From contig NC_086097.1 of assembly GCF_963921235.1 (NCBI RefSeq), positions 744,001 through 808,000 of the forward strand: a DNA stretch of 64,000 bases. Direction: 5' to 3'. Shown one piece after another: positions 12,265 to 25,600 of the stretch. The stretch is from Mobula hypostoma (Eukaryota). How positions within the stretch are numbered: position 1 is the first letter of the stretch; each line of letters begins with the position of its first letter. Under the pieces are notes generated by a model that saw only the letters and a list, made by a program, of their open reading frames with translations, was not told where the DNA came from and searched no databases. The position numbers and the translations under genes are program-made.

Positions 12265-12405
12265 ATCACCCCCACCTACTTATTCTGGCTTCCTCCTTTC
12301 TTCCTAGTCCTGAAAAAGGGTCTCAACCCAAAATGTTGACTGTTTATTCATTTCCATATATGCTGCCTGACCTGCTAGGTTCCTGCAGCATTTTGTCTGT
12401 GTCCA
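12265..12405 (+). mobile_element. Penelope UTR fragment
   Basis: agtcctgaaaaagggtctcaacccaaaatgttgactg (decayed hammerhead) followed by tgctgcctgacctgct...cagcattttg. Confidence 0.6.
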
Positions 12406-13242
12406 CAGTGAGATTAGTTTGGGACTACTGATGTAGGGTCAGGCAGAGAGATGAGCAGCATAATTTCACAGACAGACAGACAGACACATACACACACACG
12501 AACATTCTAAAATCAATGGCCTCTTGGTTGTCATTTGAAACAAGTGATCAGAATCCGATTCATTACATGGACTTATTTGTTGCTTTGAGTGGAAAGACAT
12601 AAAAGAAAGGGCTTGTTTTGCTGCTGTTGTTGTATGTTGGGTATGTGCTATTCCGCTGGACATTGCGAGTGTGCTACGTCGGATCTGGAGTGTGTTGCAA
12701 CACTTGGTGGCTGCCCGCAGCACATCTTTGAGTGATCGTTAATGCAAACAATGCATTTTCCTATATGTTTTGATGTACATGTTATTAATAAATATAAAAC
12801 TAAGAACACCCTTGTGATTAAATAGGCACATATTTTGAACGTGGGAGCATTCTGTGAAATTTGCAAGCCAACCAACAACCTCAATGCACCAATTAACAAA
12901 TATTGGACACAGAGCGAAGAATAGTCAGGTGACTTCTGGGAAAGTAGTGAGGCAACATCTGTGCAAACTAGGAATCAGTCTGGCAGGATGTGGGCTATAA
13001 AAGAAGCAGCTGAAGCTTGACAGTAATCTGACAGAACAAGGTTGCCTTCGCTTCAGGGCACCAGTTTGCTTCTATTGCTTGAACAAGTCCTATTTCTCCA
13101 TGATGAAATTGCACAGTGCTGACGGGCATGTTTGTACTTGGAAAGGCAGGTGCAGATTAGGGACAATCACCAAGGTTTTTGTGTGGAGAAAATCCTGTCT
13201 TACTGATTTTCTAAAGAGGTAAAAACAAGTGACATACCTAGA

Positions 13243-13620
13243 GAAAATGCTGGAGGAACTCAGCTGTCTCCTCTTTCATTCCAGTCCTGTTGAAAGGTCT
13301 CAGCCTGAAACATCAACAGTTTCATTTCTATAGATGGTGCCTGAGCTGCTGAGTTCTTCCAGCATTTTGTTTTTATTTTATTTTTATTTATTAAGATATA
13401 GTGTGGAATAGGCCCTTATGGCTCTTCAAGACATACCACCCAGTAATCTCCCAATTTAAGTTTAGCCTAATCACAGGAAAATTACAATGACTAATTAATC
13501 TACCAACTGGTACATCGTTAGACTATGGGAGGAAACCGGATCACCTGGAGGAAACTCACACAGTGTCACATGGATTACATGTGTTGCTCTAGATTTCCAG
13601 CATCTGTTGAATCTCTTGTA
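13243..13620. mobile_element. Fold-back Penelope UTR stub with central hammerhead-like core, interrupted by a SINE
   Basis: Inverted arms aaaatgctggaggaactcagc / gctgagttcttccagcatttt around ctgttga-aaggtctcagcct-gaaa-catc; UTR end resumes near 13580 (gtgttgctctagatttccagcatctg). Confidence 0.65.
13371..13570 (-). mobile_element. V-domain SINE fragment (HE1-like elasmobranch SINE)
   Basis: gggaggaaaccggatcacctggaggaaactcac is the reverse complement of the V-SINE core GTGGGTTTCCTCCGGGTGCTCCGGTTTCCTCCC; CR1-like 3' end and (TAAAA)n tail. Confidence 0.65.
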
Positions 13621-13889
13621 TAAAATTCAGGTGAACCCTGCATTGCATACAGTATATTTAGGCAACAGAAACACAACCAAAAATATTTGAGATAGAGAAT
13701 AAAATTTACTATCATGGAATTTATGTGATAAAGTAAGTGCATAAACACAAAACTAATTGTTTTTCAACTTGTGTTTCTTAATGCATTCTCAGAAGACACA
13801 GCTTCAGATAATGAAAACTCATAATATGAATTGATTTCTCACATTGCAACCCCCACCCCCTTGCCCTGGTAACACAGGTCTTCACCTGT

Positions 13890-14920
13890 AAGCAGACTGA
13901 TGAAGGCAGGGTAGTAGGCATTGTCTTTCTGGACTTTAGTAAGCTGTTTGGCAAGGATTCACATGGTAGACTGGTCCAGAAGTTTAAGGTACATAGGTTT
14001 CAAGGTCAGCTGCAAAACTGGATCCAAGATGGCTTGGTGAATGGAGGTAGAAGATAGTGATATAAGGTGCTACTCTGACTGGAAGCCAATGCCTAGTGGT
14101 GTGCCATAGGGACCAGTACTGGGACCCATGTTGTTTGACTTGGTTGTGAATGTTGAGGTAAGTTTGCAGGCAACAGAAATATTGGTGTTGTGCTGTCTAA
14201 AGTTACATTAGGATATGGTTCAGATTTTAAATTGTACAGAGGACTGGCAGATGGAAGATAATCTCATGAGTGTGAGTTAATGCATTTTGGAAATCAAATA
14301 GGCATAGGATACAATACATTAAATGGTAGGGCCTAAGAAATATTGGTGAACAGGTAGACCTTGGGGTTCAAGTACGTAATTCCCTGAAAGTGGCAACACA
14401 GGTGGATAGGGTGGTCAAGAAGGCAAATGCCATGCTTGCCTTCATTAATCAAAGCTTGGAATATAAGAGTTAAGATCTTATGTTCCAACTTCACAAAGTA
14501 TCTATAAGGGCACTCTTGGAGTACTGTGTGTTGTTCTGATCACCTCAGTATAGGAACAATGTGATGACCCTGCAGAGAGTTCAGAGGACATTCACCAGGA
14601 TGTTGTCTGGATTGGAGGACTTCAATTATGGGGAGAGATTGGACAGGCTGGGCTTGTTTTCCCTGCAGTGAAGGACGCTTAAGGGTGACCTGATAAAGGA
14701 GCATAGACATTTAAATAGGGTGGATATTCAGTACCTTATGGGGAGTAGAAGTAGTCTTAAAGGGGTTTTGTAAGCAAGGTTTATTCTACATAGAGAATGG
14801 TTGATATTTGAAACTTACTTACCACAAGAGGTGGTGGAATCAGTAAATTTAAGAGATATTTAGATAAATGGGCATGGCCAAAAAAGGATGGGGGCCTAAG
14901 GTGGCAAATGGGATAAGTGT
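13890..14920 (+). mobile_element. Old CR1 RT/3' region
   Basis: Heavily decayed DFSKLFGK, SGVP.GPVLGP, LEYCV and QRTFTRML motifs. Confidence 0.75.
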
Positions 14921-15724
14921 GAAGTCATTGGTGTATCAATTTGTGTATTTGGGGAGCAGACAACTTTTCATAAACACAAGAATATTGATTATAGAATAGA
15001 ATATTGAACAAAAAAGCATAGGAACAGGCCTTTCAGCCCATGATGTCTATGCCAACCATGACGCCAAATGAAACTAATCCCATCTGCCTACACATTTTCC
15101 ATAACTTCCATTCCCTTTCGTACATGTGTCTGTCTAAATATTGTTTCTGCTCCCATCTCCACCCTGGCAGCGCATTCCAGACAGCACTTTTGGTGGAAAG
15201 AACTTGCCCTGTACATCTCCCTCCACAAACAAGAGAAAATCTACAAATGCTGGAAATTGTGTGTGTTGTTGAACACACAGTTTTACCCTCAGGTATTTGA
15301 CAGATATAGTGTTTCTGCAGATACTGGACACAAAATACTGAAGGAACTCAGCAGGTCAGGCAGCATCTATGGAAATGAATAAACAGTCACTGTTTCATCG
15401 TGACGTGACTCTCCGGGTCTGATTTTCAGTTGGGCATGTGTATCACTTACTCAACAGACAAAAGGAGTGGAACACAAGAGAAGCAAATTTAGCCTTAGCT
15501 CTGAACTGCAATGATACCTTAGTATCTGGGTACGTCAGCCAGTGGTTTCCTGCTGATGCTGACTGCACTGATATTAGCAGTAGTCTGTCAGCCATTGTAT
15601 TACCCTTCTATTAACAACAACCATTCACAGATGATCAAAGTCAAGTTTTCTAACTACAGGGTCAATGCATTTTACCAATCTCGACTGCTTCTGATGCCAT
15701 TATTTATGTAAATCAACACACAGA

Positions 15725-16655
15725 TAGGCATCTATCTATCGGAAACCCACTCACACAAACTTATACCTCAACAATAACAGCCACCATCACACTTCCTAAC
15801 GTAGAACAGTTGTTTCTACTTTGATTAACCATATGAAAACTATTTTGGACTCGGCCAGTCTCCCCGACGAAATAAGACAATTACACATGACATTCCTACA
15901 GAATAGCTACAAGGTGAAGGAAGTTAATTGGGCCTTTAATAGGGCTGACAGAGAAACCAGGAAAACTAACACTGACGAGGAACCTGTCTCTACCACCTAT
16001 CTTCCCTATATTTCCATGTTTTCTGTAAGGATTGATTGCCAAAATCCTGAAGAAATACCAGATTAATACTATCCACAAACCCGTAAGGAAGCTCAAATCA
16101 CAGTTTATGTGGGTCAAAGATGACCTGGGGATCAGGTCGACTGGCATTGACAGTATTCCCTGCGATGCGGAGTGGTGCATATTGGCCAGATGGCTGATAT
16201 ACACCACTACAGAAAGGGATCTTGGCACATCAAGGAGCACAGGAGGTTTATCTGTTTTGGTTACCCGGAGAAATCAGCGACAGCAGAACACTGAATTCGT
16301 GATGATCATAGGATTGACTTCAACAGCAGAAAACTACTGTGCTAAGCCAATGGCTTTTGGGACCACCTGGTAAAGGAAGCAATTGAAATAAAACTAGAGG
16401 AAAAGAATTTTAACAAAGTCAAAGGTCTCACTCTAAATAAGAACTGGCATTTGATTGTAAACAAGTTGGCAGAACGGAATCCTGATTGGATGAGACCTAA
16501 CCAATCAGGAGGGAGGGACTACGAGGGTATAAACAGCACCGGACTAGACATGCCCAAGCATCCTCCCTGATGAAGATGCAGTGTCTGTCATCAAAACATC
16601 GGTTATAATCGATACCCGTACCTGGCAGTAGTTCGAGAATAATTTATTCGAACAA
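15725..16655 (+). mobile_element. Second Penelope-like family: RT C-terminus, GIY-YIG and 3' UTR with hammerhead
   Basis: IYRKPTHTNLYLNNNSHH, YLPYIS, GIDSIPC remnants; CTGATGA-agatgcagtgtctgtcatc-AAAA-catc at 16567-16600. Confidence 0.8.
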
Positions 16656-16694
16656 TTCCTCCATGCTCGGTAAATTTGTAGAATAAATATTCAA

Positions 16695-17250
16695 ACACGA
16701 GAAAATCTGCAGATGCTGGAATTTCAAGCAACACACATCAAAGTTGCTGGTGAACGCAGCAAGCCAGGCAGCATCTCTAGGAAGAGGTACAGTCGACGCT
16801 TCAGGCCAAAACCCTTTGTCAGGACTAACTGAAAGAAGAGATAGAAAGAGATTTGAAAGTGGAAGGGGGAGATCTGAAATGATAGGAGAAGGCAGCAGGG
16901 GGAGGGATGAAGCTAAGAGCTGGAAAGTTGATTGGCAAAAGGGATACAGAGTTGGAGAAGGGGGCGGATCATGGGACAGGAGGCTTAGAGAGAAAGAAAG
17001 GGGGAGGGGTACGCAGAAGAAGATGGAGACCAGGCAAGGAGTGATTGTGAGAAGGACAGAGAGAGAAAGAAGAAAGAAAAAATAAATAGATAGCTAGATA
17101 GATAAATAAATAAATATTGATGTTTCAGGCCTCGTACAATTCTGATGCAGAGTCACTAACTTGGAATGTTATCCGCTTTTCTTTCCATAGATGCTGCTTG
17201 AACTGCTATTTCCAACATTTTTTTAAATTTTAGATTTCCATCATCTGCAA
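16695..17250 (-). mobile_element. Penelope UTR (minus) abutting an older inverted UTR fragment (17140-17250, plus)
   Basis: 16740-17110 is the reverse complement of the 290-652 UTR; cagttagtc-CTGACAA-agggttttggcct-GAAG-cgtcgact core. Confidence 0.75.
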
Positions 17251-17589
17251 TGGATCCACAAGATGCTACAGATGCAGACTCGTGTCTCCACTGTACTACT
17301 CCACTATAAAGTCTGTCTAAGGTATACTGGTAGCAGAAGATTTTTTCCTTTCTCTGAAGGAACTTCTGTGAGAATGTCTTTCACTGCTTCCATCTTGGTT
17401 TCTACTGTTGACCAGCTCTTGAACTATGTTCTTATCATGACCCACTACAACAGACACATGTCATTCCTCAGTACCTGCCTTTGCTGCCATCTTGTCCACA
17501 GTTTCCAGATCTTTCCAGAAAAGTCTGTATGCAACCGGAGGAGATAGCAGAGGTACTTAATGAATACTTTGCTTCAGTATTCGCTAGAG

Positions 17590-17922
17590 AATAGTCATAG
17601 TCATAGTCATACTTTATTGATCCCGGGGGAAATTGGTTTTCATTACAGTTGCACCATAAATAATAAATAGTAATAGAACCATGAATAGTTAAATAGTAAT
17701 ATGTAAATTATGCCAGGAAATAAGTCCAGGACCAGCCTATTGGCTCAGGGTGTCTGACCCTCCAAGTTGTAAAGTTTGATGGCACAGGCAGGAATGACTT
17801 CCTATGACGCTCTGTGTTGCATCTCGGTGGAATGAGTCTCTGGCTGAATGTACTCCTGTGCCCACCTAGTACATTATGTAGTGGATGGGAGACATTCTTC
17901 AAGATGGCATGCAACTGCAACT
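17590..17922 (-). mobile_element. Rex1/Babar-type 3' end
   Basis: HAILKNVSHPLH...FSQRLIPPRCNTERHRKSFLP; UTR shared with 9300-9545; (ATGACT)n tail. Confidence 0.8.
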
Positions 17923-18710
17923 CCAAAGGACCTTGGTGGTTGTAGGGATGAGTTAATGCGGATTTAAAAGCTTCAGCATATAGACATTAAGAAAGAGGAT
18001 GCGCTGGAGCTTTTGGAAAGCATCAAGTTGGATAAGTCACCGGGACCGGACAAGATGTACCCCAGGCTATTTGGGAAGGCAAAGGAGGAGTTGCTGAGCA
18101 TCTGGCAATGATCTTTGCGTCATCCATGGGGATGGGAGCGGTTGCAGAGGATTGGAGGGTTGCGGATGTTGTTCCCTTATTCAAGACAGGGAGTAGAGAT
18201 AGCCCAGGAAATTATAGACCAGTGAGTCTTACTTCAGTGGTTGGTAAGTTGACGGAGAAAGTCCTGAGAGGCAAGATTTCTGAACGTTTGGAGAGGCATA
18301 ATATGATTAGGAATAGTCAGCATGGCTTTGTCAAAGGCAGGTCATGCCTTATGAGCCCGATTGAATTTTTTAAGGATGTGACTAAGAGGCATGGGATCCA
18401 AGGGGACATTGCTTTACGGATCCAGAATTGTCTTGTCCACAGAAGGCAAAGAACAGTTGTAGACGGCTCATATTCCGCATGGAGGTCGCTGACCAGTGGC
18501 GTGCCTCAGGGATCTGTTCTGGGAACCCTACTATGCGTGATTTTTTATAAATGACCTGGATGAGGAAGTGGAGGGATGAGTTAGTAAATTTGCTGATGAC
18601 ACAAGGTTGGGGGTGTTGTGGATAGTGTGGAGAGCTGTCAGGGGTTATAGTAGAATATTGATAGGATGCAAAACTGGGCTGAGAAGTGGCAGATGGAGTT
18701 CAACCCAGAT

Positions 18711-21110
18711 AACATAGAACATAGAATAGTACAGCACAGTACAGGCTCTTCGGCCCGCAATGTTGTGCCGACCCTTATACCCTGACTTCCATATAACCAC
18801 CTACCTTAAATTCCTCCATATACCTGTCTCTTAAATTTCACTAGTGTATCTGCCTCCACCACTGACACAGGCAGTACTTCCCACGCACCAACCACTCTCT
18901 GAGTAAAAAACCGTCCTCTAATATCCCCCTTGAACTTTCCACCACTTACCTTAAAGCCATGTCCTCTTGTATTGAGCAGTGGTGCCCTGGGGAAGAGGCG
19001 CTGGCTATCCACTCTATCTATTCCTCTTATTATCTTGTACACCTCTATCATGTCTCCTCTCATCCTCCTTCTCTCCAAAGAGTAAAGCCCTAGCGCCCTT
19101 AATCTCTGATCATAATTCATACTCTCTAAACCAGGCAGCATCCTGGTAAATCTCTTCTGTACCCTTTCAAATGCTTCCACATCCTTTCTATAGTAAGGCG
19201 ATCAGAACTGGACACAGTACTCCAAGTATGGCCTAACCAGAGTTTTATAGAGCTGCATCATTACCCCGTGAATCTTAAACTCTATCCCTCAACTTATGAA
19301 ACCTAACTCCCCATAAGGTTTCTTAACTACCCTATCTACCTGTGAGGCAACTTTCAGGGATCTGTGGATATGTACCCCCAGATCCCTCTGCTCCTCCACA
19401 CTACCAAGTATCCTGCCATATACTTTGTACTCTGCCTTGGAGTTTGTCCTTCCAAAGTGTACCACCTCATACTTCTCCGGGTTGAACTCCATCTGCCACT
19501 TCTCAGCCCATTTCTGCATCCTATCAATGTCTCTCTGCAATCTCAGCCCACTTCTGCATCCTATCAATGTCTCTCTGCAATCTTCGACAATCCTCTACAA
19601 TATTCACAACACCACCAACCTTTGTTTCGTCTGCAAACTTGCCAACCCATCCTTCTACCCTTACATCCAGGTCGTTAATAAAAATCACGAAAAGTAGAGG
19701 TCCCAGAACAGATCCTTGTGGGATACCACTAGGCACAATCCTCCAATCTGAATGTACTCCCTCCACCACGACCTTCTGCCTTCTGCAGGCAAGCCAATTC
19801 TGAATCCACCTGGCCAAATTTCCCTGGATCCATTGCCTTCTGACTTTCTGAATAAGCCTACCGTGTAGAACCTTGTCAAATGCCTTACTAAAATCCATGT
19901 AGATCATATCCACTGCACTACCCTCATCTATATGCCTGGTCACCTCCTCAAAGAACTCTATCAGGCTTGTTAGACACGATCTGCCCTTCACAAAGCCATG
20001 CTGACTGTCCCTGATCAGACCATGATTCTCTAAATGCCCAGAGATCCTGTCTCTAAGAATCTTTTCCAACAGCTTTCCCACCACAGTCATAAGGCTCACT
20101 GGTCTATAATTACCCAGACTATCCCTACTACCTTTTTTGAACAAGGCGACAACATTCACTTCCCTCCAATCCTCCGGTACCATTCCCGTGGACAATGAGG
20201 ACATAAGGATTCTAGCCAGAGGCTCTGCAATCTCTTCCCTCGCCTCGTGGAGCAGCCTGGGGAATATTCCATCAGGCCCCAGGGATTTATCAGTCCTATG
20301 TATTTTAACAACTCCAACACCTCCTCTCCCTTAATATCAACATGCTCCAGAATATAAACCTCAATCATATTGTCCTCACCATCATCAAGTTCCCTCTCAT
20401 TGGTGAATACCGAAGAGAAGAATTCATTGAGGACCTCGCTCACTTCCACAGCCTCCAAGCACATCTTCCCACCTTTATCTCTGTTCGGTCCTATCCTCAC
20501 TCCTGTCGACCTTTTGTTCTTCACATAATTGAAGAATGCCTTGGGGTTTTCCCTTACCCTACTCGCCAAGGCCTTCTCATGCCCCTTTCTTGCTCTTCTC
20601 AGCCCCTTCTTAAGTTCCTTTCTTGCTATCCAATATTCCTCAATAGACTGATCTGAACCTTCCTAAACCTCACGTATGCTGTCTTCTTCCATCTGACTAG
20701 ATTTTCCACCTCATTTGTCACCCATGGTTCCTTCACCCTACCATTCTTTATCTTCCTCACTGGGACAAATTGAACCCTAACACCCTGCAAGAGATCCCTA
20801 AATATCGACCACATGTCCATAGTACATTTCCCTGCAAAAACATCATCCCAATTCACACCCGCAAGTCTTATAGCTTCATACTTTGCCATTCCCCAACTAA
20901 AAATTTTCCTATCCTCTATGATTCTATCCTTTTCCATGACAATGTTAAAGGCCAGGGAGGGGTGGTCACTGTCCCCCAGATGCTCACCCATTGAGAGATC
21001 TGTGACCTGACCCGGTTCGTTACCAAATAGCAGATTTAGTATGGCATTCCCCCTAGTCAGCATGTCAATATACTGTGACAGGAATCCGTCCTGGACACAC
21101 TTAACAAACT
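18711..21110 (-). mobile_element. 5'-truncated CR1 LINE
   Basis: ORF pieces 20626-21063, 20156-20569, 19524-20204, 19289-19567 and 18806-19180; tail at 18711-18727; internal ~39-bp tandem duplication near 19500-19580. Confidence 0.95.
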
Positions 21111-22079
21111 CGTGTGAGGTGGTTCATTTTGGTAGGTCAAATAATGAAGGCAGAATTTAGTATTAATGGTAAGACTGTTGGCAGTGTGGAGGATCAGAGG
21201 GATCTTGGGGTCCAAGTCCATAGGACTCTCAAAGCTGCTGCGCAGGTTGACTCTGTGGTTAAGAAGGCATATGGTGTATTGGCCTTCATCAATCGAGGGA
21301 TTGAGTTTAAGGGCCAAGAGGTAATGTTACAGCTATATAGGACCCTGGTCAGGCCCCACTTGGAGTACTGTGCTCAGTTCTGGTTACCCCACTACAGGAA
21401 GGATGTGCAAACCATAAAAAAGGTGCACAGGATATTTACAAGGATGTTGCCTGGACTGGGACGCATGCCTTATGAGAACAGGTTGAGTGAACACCCGCTC
21501 TATAAAACTGTCTCCTTTTAAACTCTTCTCACTGTTCTACCTGGCTGACGTCCATGCACTTGCGCAGTCGTGTTCCAATCAAATCGCTAAAGAAATAACC
21601 GTCTCCTTTTTAACTCTTGTAATCCTTGTTTTCTTAATATATCTGTAGAATATCTGTAGGATTGCACATGGTCGGCAGAAAATTATCTACTCGAAGACAA
21701 GGCAGTGGGTGCAGAACAGAAAAGTTATGGAGTGGACTACTGTGTTTTAAATGTCTAATCCGCAAACAAGGGGACAAAGCATTAAAAAGCAAATGGAGCC
21801 CATTGGCAACAACCCAGATTGGAATTTGTCACTTTAATCTCTGCCAGATCACTCACTAAAACTAATCTGTTAATAATGGAGCTTTACTGACAAAAGCAAC
21901 AATTATACAAGTTGGAATTTACCCAACCAGTCACAATATCACACCCATAGATGTCAATCACACTCTGCAGGTGAAGAACCATATGCCTCAGGTCATTTAC
22001 TGTGAAATGTCAATGGTGATTTATGTGGGAATACTTAAAAGTTAAACTGCAAACTGGGATCAACAAATCTTGTTCTCTT

Positions 22080-22400
22080 TAGAAACATAGAAAAGCTCCA
22101 GCACAATATAGGCCCTTCAGCTCACAATGCTGTGCCAAACATATACTTAGAAATTAACTAGGGTTACCCATAGCCCATGTACTTATCCAGAAGTCTCTTA
22201 AAAGATCCAATCGTATCCGCCTCCACCACCATCGCCAGCAGCCCATTCCACACATTCACCACTCTCTGTGTAAAAAACTTACCCGACATCTCCTCTGTAC
22301 CTACTTCCAAGCACCTTAAAACTCTGCCCTCTCGTGCTAGCCATTTCAGCCTCTGGCTATCCACACAGTCAATGTCTCTCATCATTTTATACACCTCTTT
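22080..22400 (-). mobile_element. CR1 3' fragment
   Basis: KFFTQRVVNVWNGL...SFKRLLDKYM; tagaaacatagaaa tail. Confidence 0.75.
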
Positions 22401-22676
22401 GTTCTGACCAATCTTCAATCTTCTCTAAGATTAGTTTCTCACTCTAGTCTATAATGTCATCAATCCAAAATATTAAGTGCTTCTCTTTTTACAAATGTTC
22501 TCTGACATGCTGAGTATTTCCAGCACATTCTGTTCTCATTTTCAATGTCCAGCACCTTTCTTTTCCCTAGCCCAAACCTGGCCACAGCTGGCTGAGCATC
22601 CTGAGATTCTTTCCAGTCAATGATCCAAAGCGTTGGACATGGAACAACAAGGGTGCACAAATCCCCCACACAACAC

Positions 22677-25600
22677 TAATATCTGAGATGCAAAGGAAAT
22701 TGGGAGTCCTTGTGCAGAACACCCTTAAGGTTAACTTGCAGGTTGAGTCAGTGGTAAGGAAAGCAAAAGCCACGTTAGCATTCATTTCAAGAGATCTAGA
22801 ATACAAGAGCAAGGATGTGATGCTGAGGCTTTATAAGGCACTGGTGAGGCCACACCTTAAGTATTGTGAAAAATTTTGGGCCCCTCATCTTAGAAAAGAT
22901 GTACTGGTATTGGACAGGATCCAGAGGAGGCTCACAGGGATAATTCCAGGAATGAAAGGGTTATCATACAAGACCATAAGACCATAAGACCATAAGACAA
23001 AGGAGCAGAAGTCGGCCATTCGGCCCATTGAGTCTGCTCCGCCATTTTATCATGAGCTGATCCATTCTCCCATTTAGTCCCACTCCTCCGCCTTCTCACC
23101 ATAACCTTCGATGCCCTGGTTACTCAGGTACCTATCAATCTCTGCCTTAAATACACCCAATGACTTGGCCTCCACTGCTGCCCGTGGCAACAAATTCCAT
23201 AGATTCACCACCCTCTGATTAAAAAAACTTCTTCGTATTTCTGTTCTGAATGGGCGCCCTTCAATCCTTAAGTCATGCCCTCTCGTACTAGACTCCTCCA
23301 TCATGGGAAACAACTTTGCCACATCCACTCTGTCCATGCCTTTCAACATTCGAAATGTTTCTATGAGGTCTCCCCTCATTCTTCTAAACTCCAAGGAATA
23401 CAGTCCAAGAGCGGACAAACGTTCCTCATATGTTAACCCTCTCATTCCCGTAACCATTCTAGTGAATCTTCTCTGTACCCTCTCCAACGTCAGCACATCC
23501 TTTCTTAAATAAGGAGACCAAAACTGCCCACAGTACTCCAAGTGAGGTCTCACCAGCACCTTATAGAGCCTCAACATCACATCCCTGCTCCTATACTCTA
23601 TTCCTCTAGAAGTGAATGCCAACATTGCATTCGCCTTCTTCACTACTGACTCAACCTGGAGGTTAACTTTAAGAATATCCTGTACGAGGATTCCCAAGTC
23701 CCGTTGCATCTCCGAACTTTGAATCCTTTCGCCATTTAAATAATAGTCTGCCCATTTCTTTTTTCTGCCAAAGTGCATAACCATACACTTTCCAACATTG
23801 TACTTCATTTGCCACTTCTCTGCCCATTCTTCCAATTTATCCAAGTCTCTCTGCAGACTCTCCATTTCCTCAGCACTAATGGCCCCTCCACCTATCTTCG
23901 TATCGTCATTAAACTTAGCCACAAAGCCATCTATTCCATAACCCAAATCGTTGATGTACAATGTAAAAAGAAGCGGCCCCAACACGGACCCCTGTGGAAC
24001 ACCACTGGTAACCGGCAGCCAACCAGAATAGGATCCCTTTATTCCCACTCTCTGTTTCCTGCCAATCAGCCAACACTCTATCCACGTATGTAACTTTCCC
24101 TTAATTCCATGGGCTCTTATCTTGTTAAGTAGTCTCATGTGTGGCACCTTGTCAAAGGCCTTCTGAAAATCCAAATATACAACATCTACTGCATCTCCCT
24201 TGTCTAGCCTGCTGGTAAAATCCTCAAAAAATTGTAATAGGTTTGTCAGGCAGGATTTTCCTTTAAGGAACCCATGCTGAGTTCTGCCTATCTTGTCATA
24301 TGCCTCCAGGTACTCTGTAACCCCATCCTTGACAATCAACTCCAACAACTTCCCAACCACTGATATCAAGCTAACAGGTCTATAATTTCCTTTTTGCTTC
24401 CTTGCCCCCTTCTTAAATAGCGGAGGGACATTTGCAATCTTCCAGTCCTCCGGAACCATGCCAGAATCTATCGACTGTTGAAAGACCATCGCTAATGCCT
24501 CCGCAATCTCCACAGCTACTTCCTTCAGAACACGCGGGTGCATTCCATCTGGTCCGGGAGATTTATCTACCTTTAGACTATTCAGCTTCCTGAGTACTTT
24601 CTCTGTCGTAATTGTGACTGCGCACACTTCTCTTCCCTGCTACCCTTGAGTGTCTGGTATACTGCTGATATCTTCCTCAGTGAAGACTGATGCAAAATAC
24701 TCGTTCAGTTCCTCTGCCATCTCCTTATCTCCCATTACAATTTCTCCAGCATCATTTTCTATCGGTCCTATATCTACTCTCACCTGTTTTTTACTCTTTA
24801 TATACTTGAAAAAGCTTTTAGTATCCTCTTTGATATTATTTGCTAGCTTCTTTTCATAGTTAATCTTTTCCCTCTTAATGACCTTCTTGGTTTCCTTTTG
24901 TAAGGTTTTAAAAACTTCCCAATCCTCTGTCTTCCCACTAATTTTTGCTTCATTGTATGCCCTCTCCTTTGCTTTAACTTTGGCTTTGACTTCTCTTGTC
25001 AACCATGGCTGCATCCTTTTTCCACTCGAAAATTTCTTCTTTTTTGGAATATACCTGTCTTGCACCTTCCTCACTTCTCCATAAACTCCAGCCACTGCTG
25101 CTCTGCTGTCTTTCCCGCCAGTGACCCTTTCCAGTCAACTTTGGCCAGTTCTTCTCTCATGCCACTGTAATTTCCTTTACTCCACTGAAATACCGACACA
25201 TCAGATTTCGGCTTCTGTTTTTCAAATTTCACAGTGAACTCAATCATGTTATGATCACTGCCTCCTAAGGGTTCCTTCACCTCAATCTCTCTAATCACCT
25301 CCGGTTCATTACACAATACCCAATCCAGTACAGCCAATCCCCTGGTGGGCTCAACAACAAGCTGCTCTAAAAAGTTATCTCACAGACATTCTACAAATTC
25401 TCTCTCTTGAGATCCAGTGCCGACCTGATTTTCCCAATCCACTCGCATGTTAAAATCCCCCACAATTATCATAACACTGCCATTCTGGCAAGCCTTTTCT
25501 ATTTCCTGTTGTATTTTGTAGTCCACATCAATGCAGCTGTTTGGAGGCCTATAAATAACTGCCATCAGGGTCATTTTACCCCTGCTATTTCTTAGCTCAA

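Larger units (their letters stand above)
17525..21495 (+). mobile_element. CR1 host element split by Rex/Babar and CR1 inserts
   Basis: EVLNEYFASVF at 17550, RT at 17925-18710, resumes at 21111 (CEVVHFG...RPHLEYCAQFW). Confidence 0.8.

Noticed and set aside
17263..17547. 94-aa ORF or possible exon in a unique stretch
   Set aside because: No recognisable homology and no convincing pair of splice sites.
23074..24627. Active or domesticated reverse transcriptase gene
   Set aside because: It is part of a 5'-truncated CR1 with stops and frameshifts upstream and an FADD to FNDD change.
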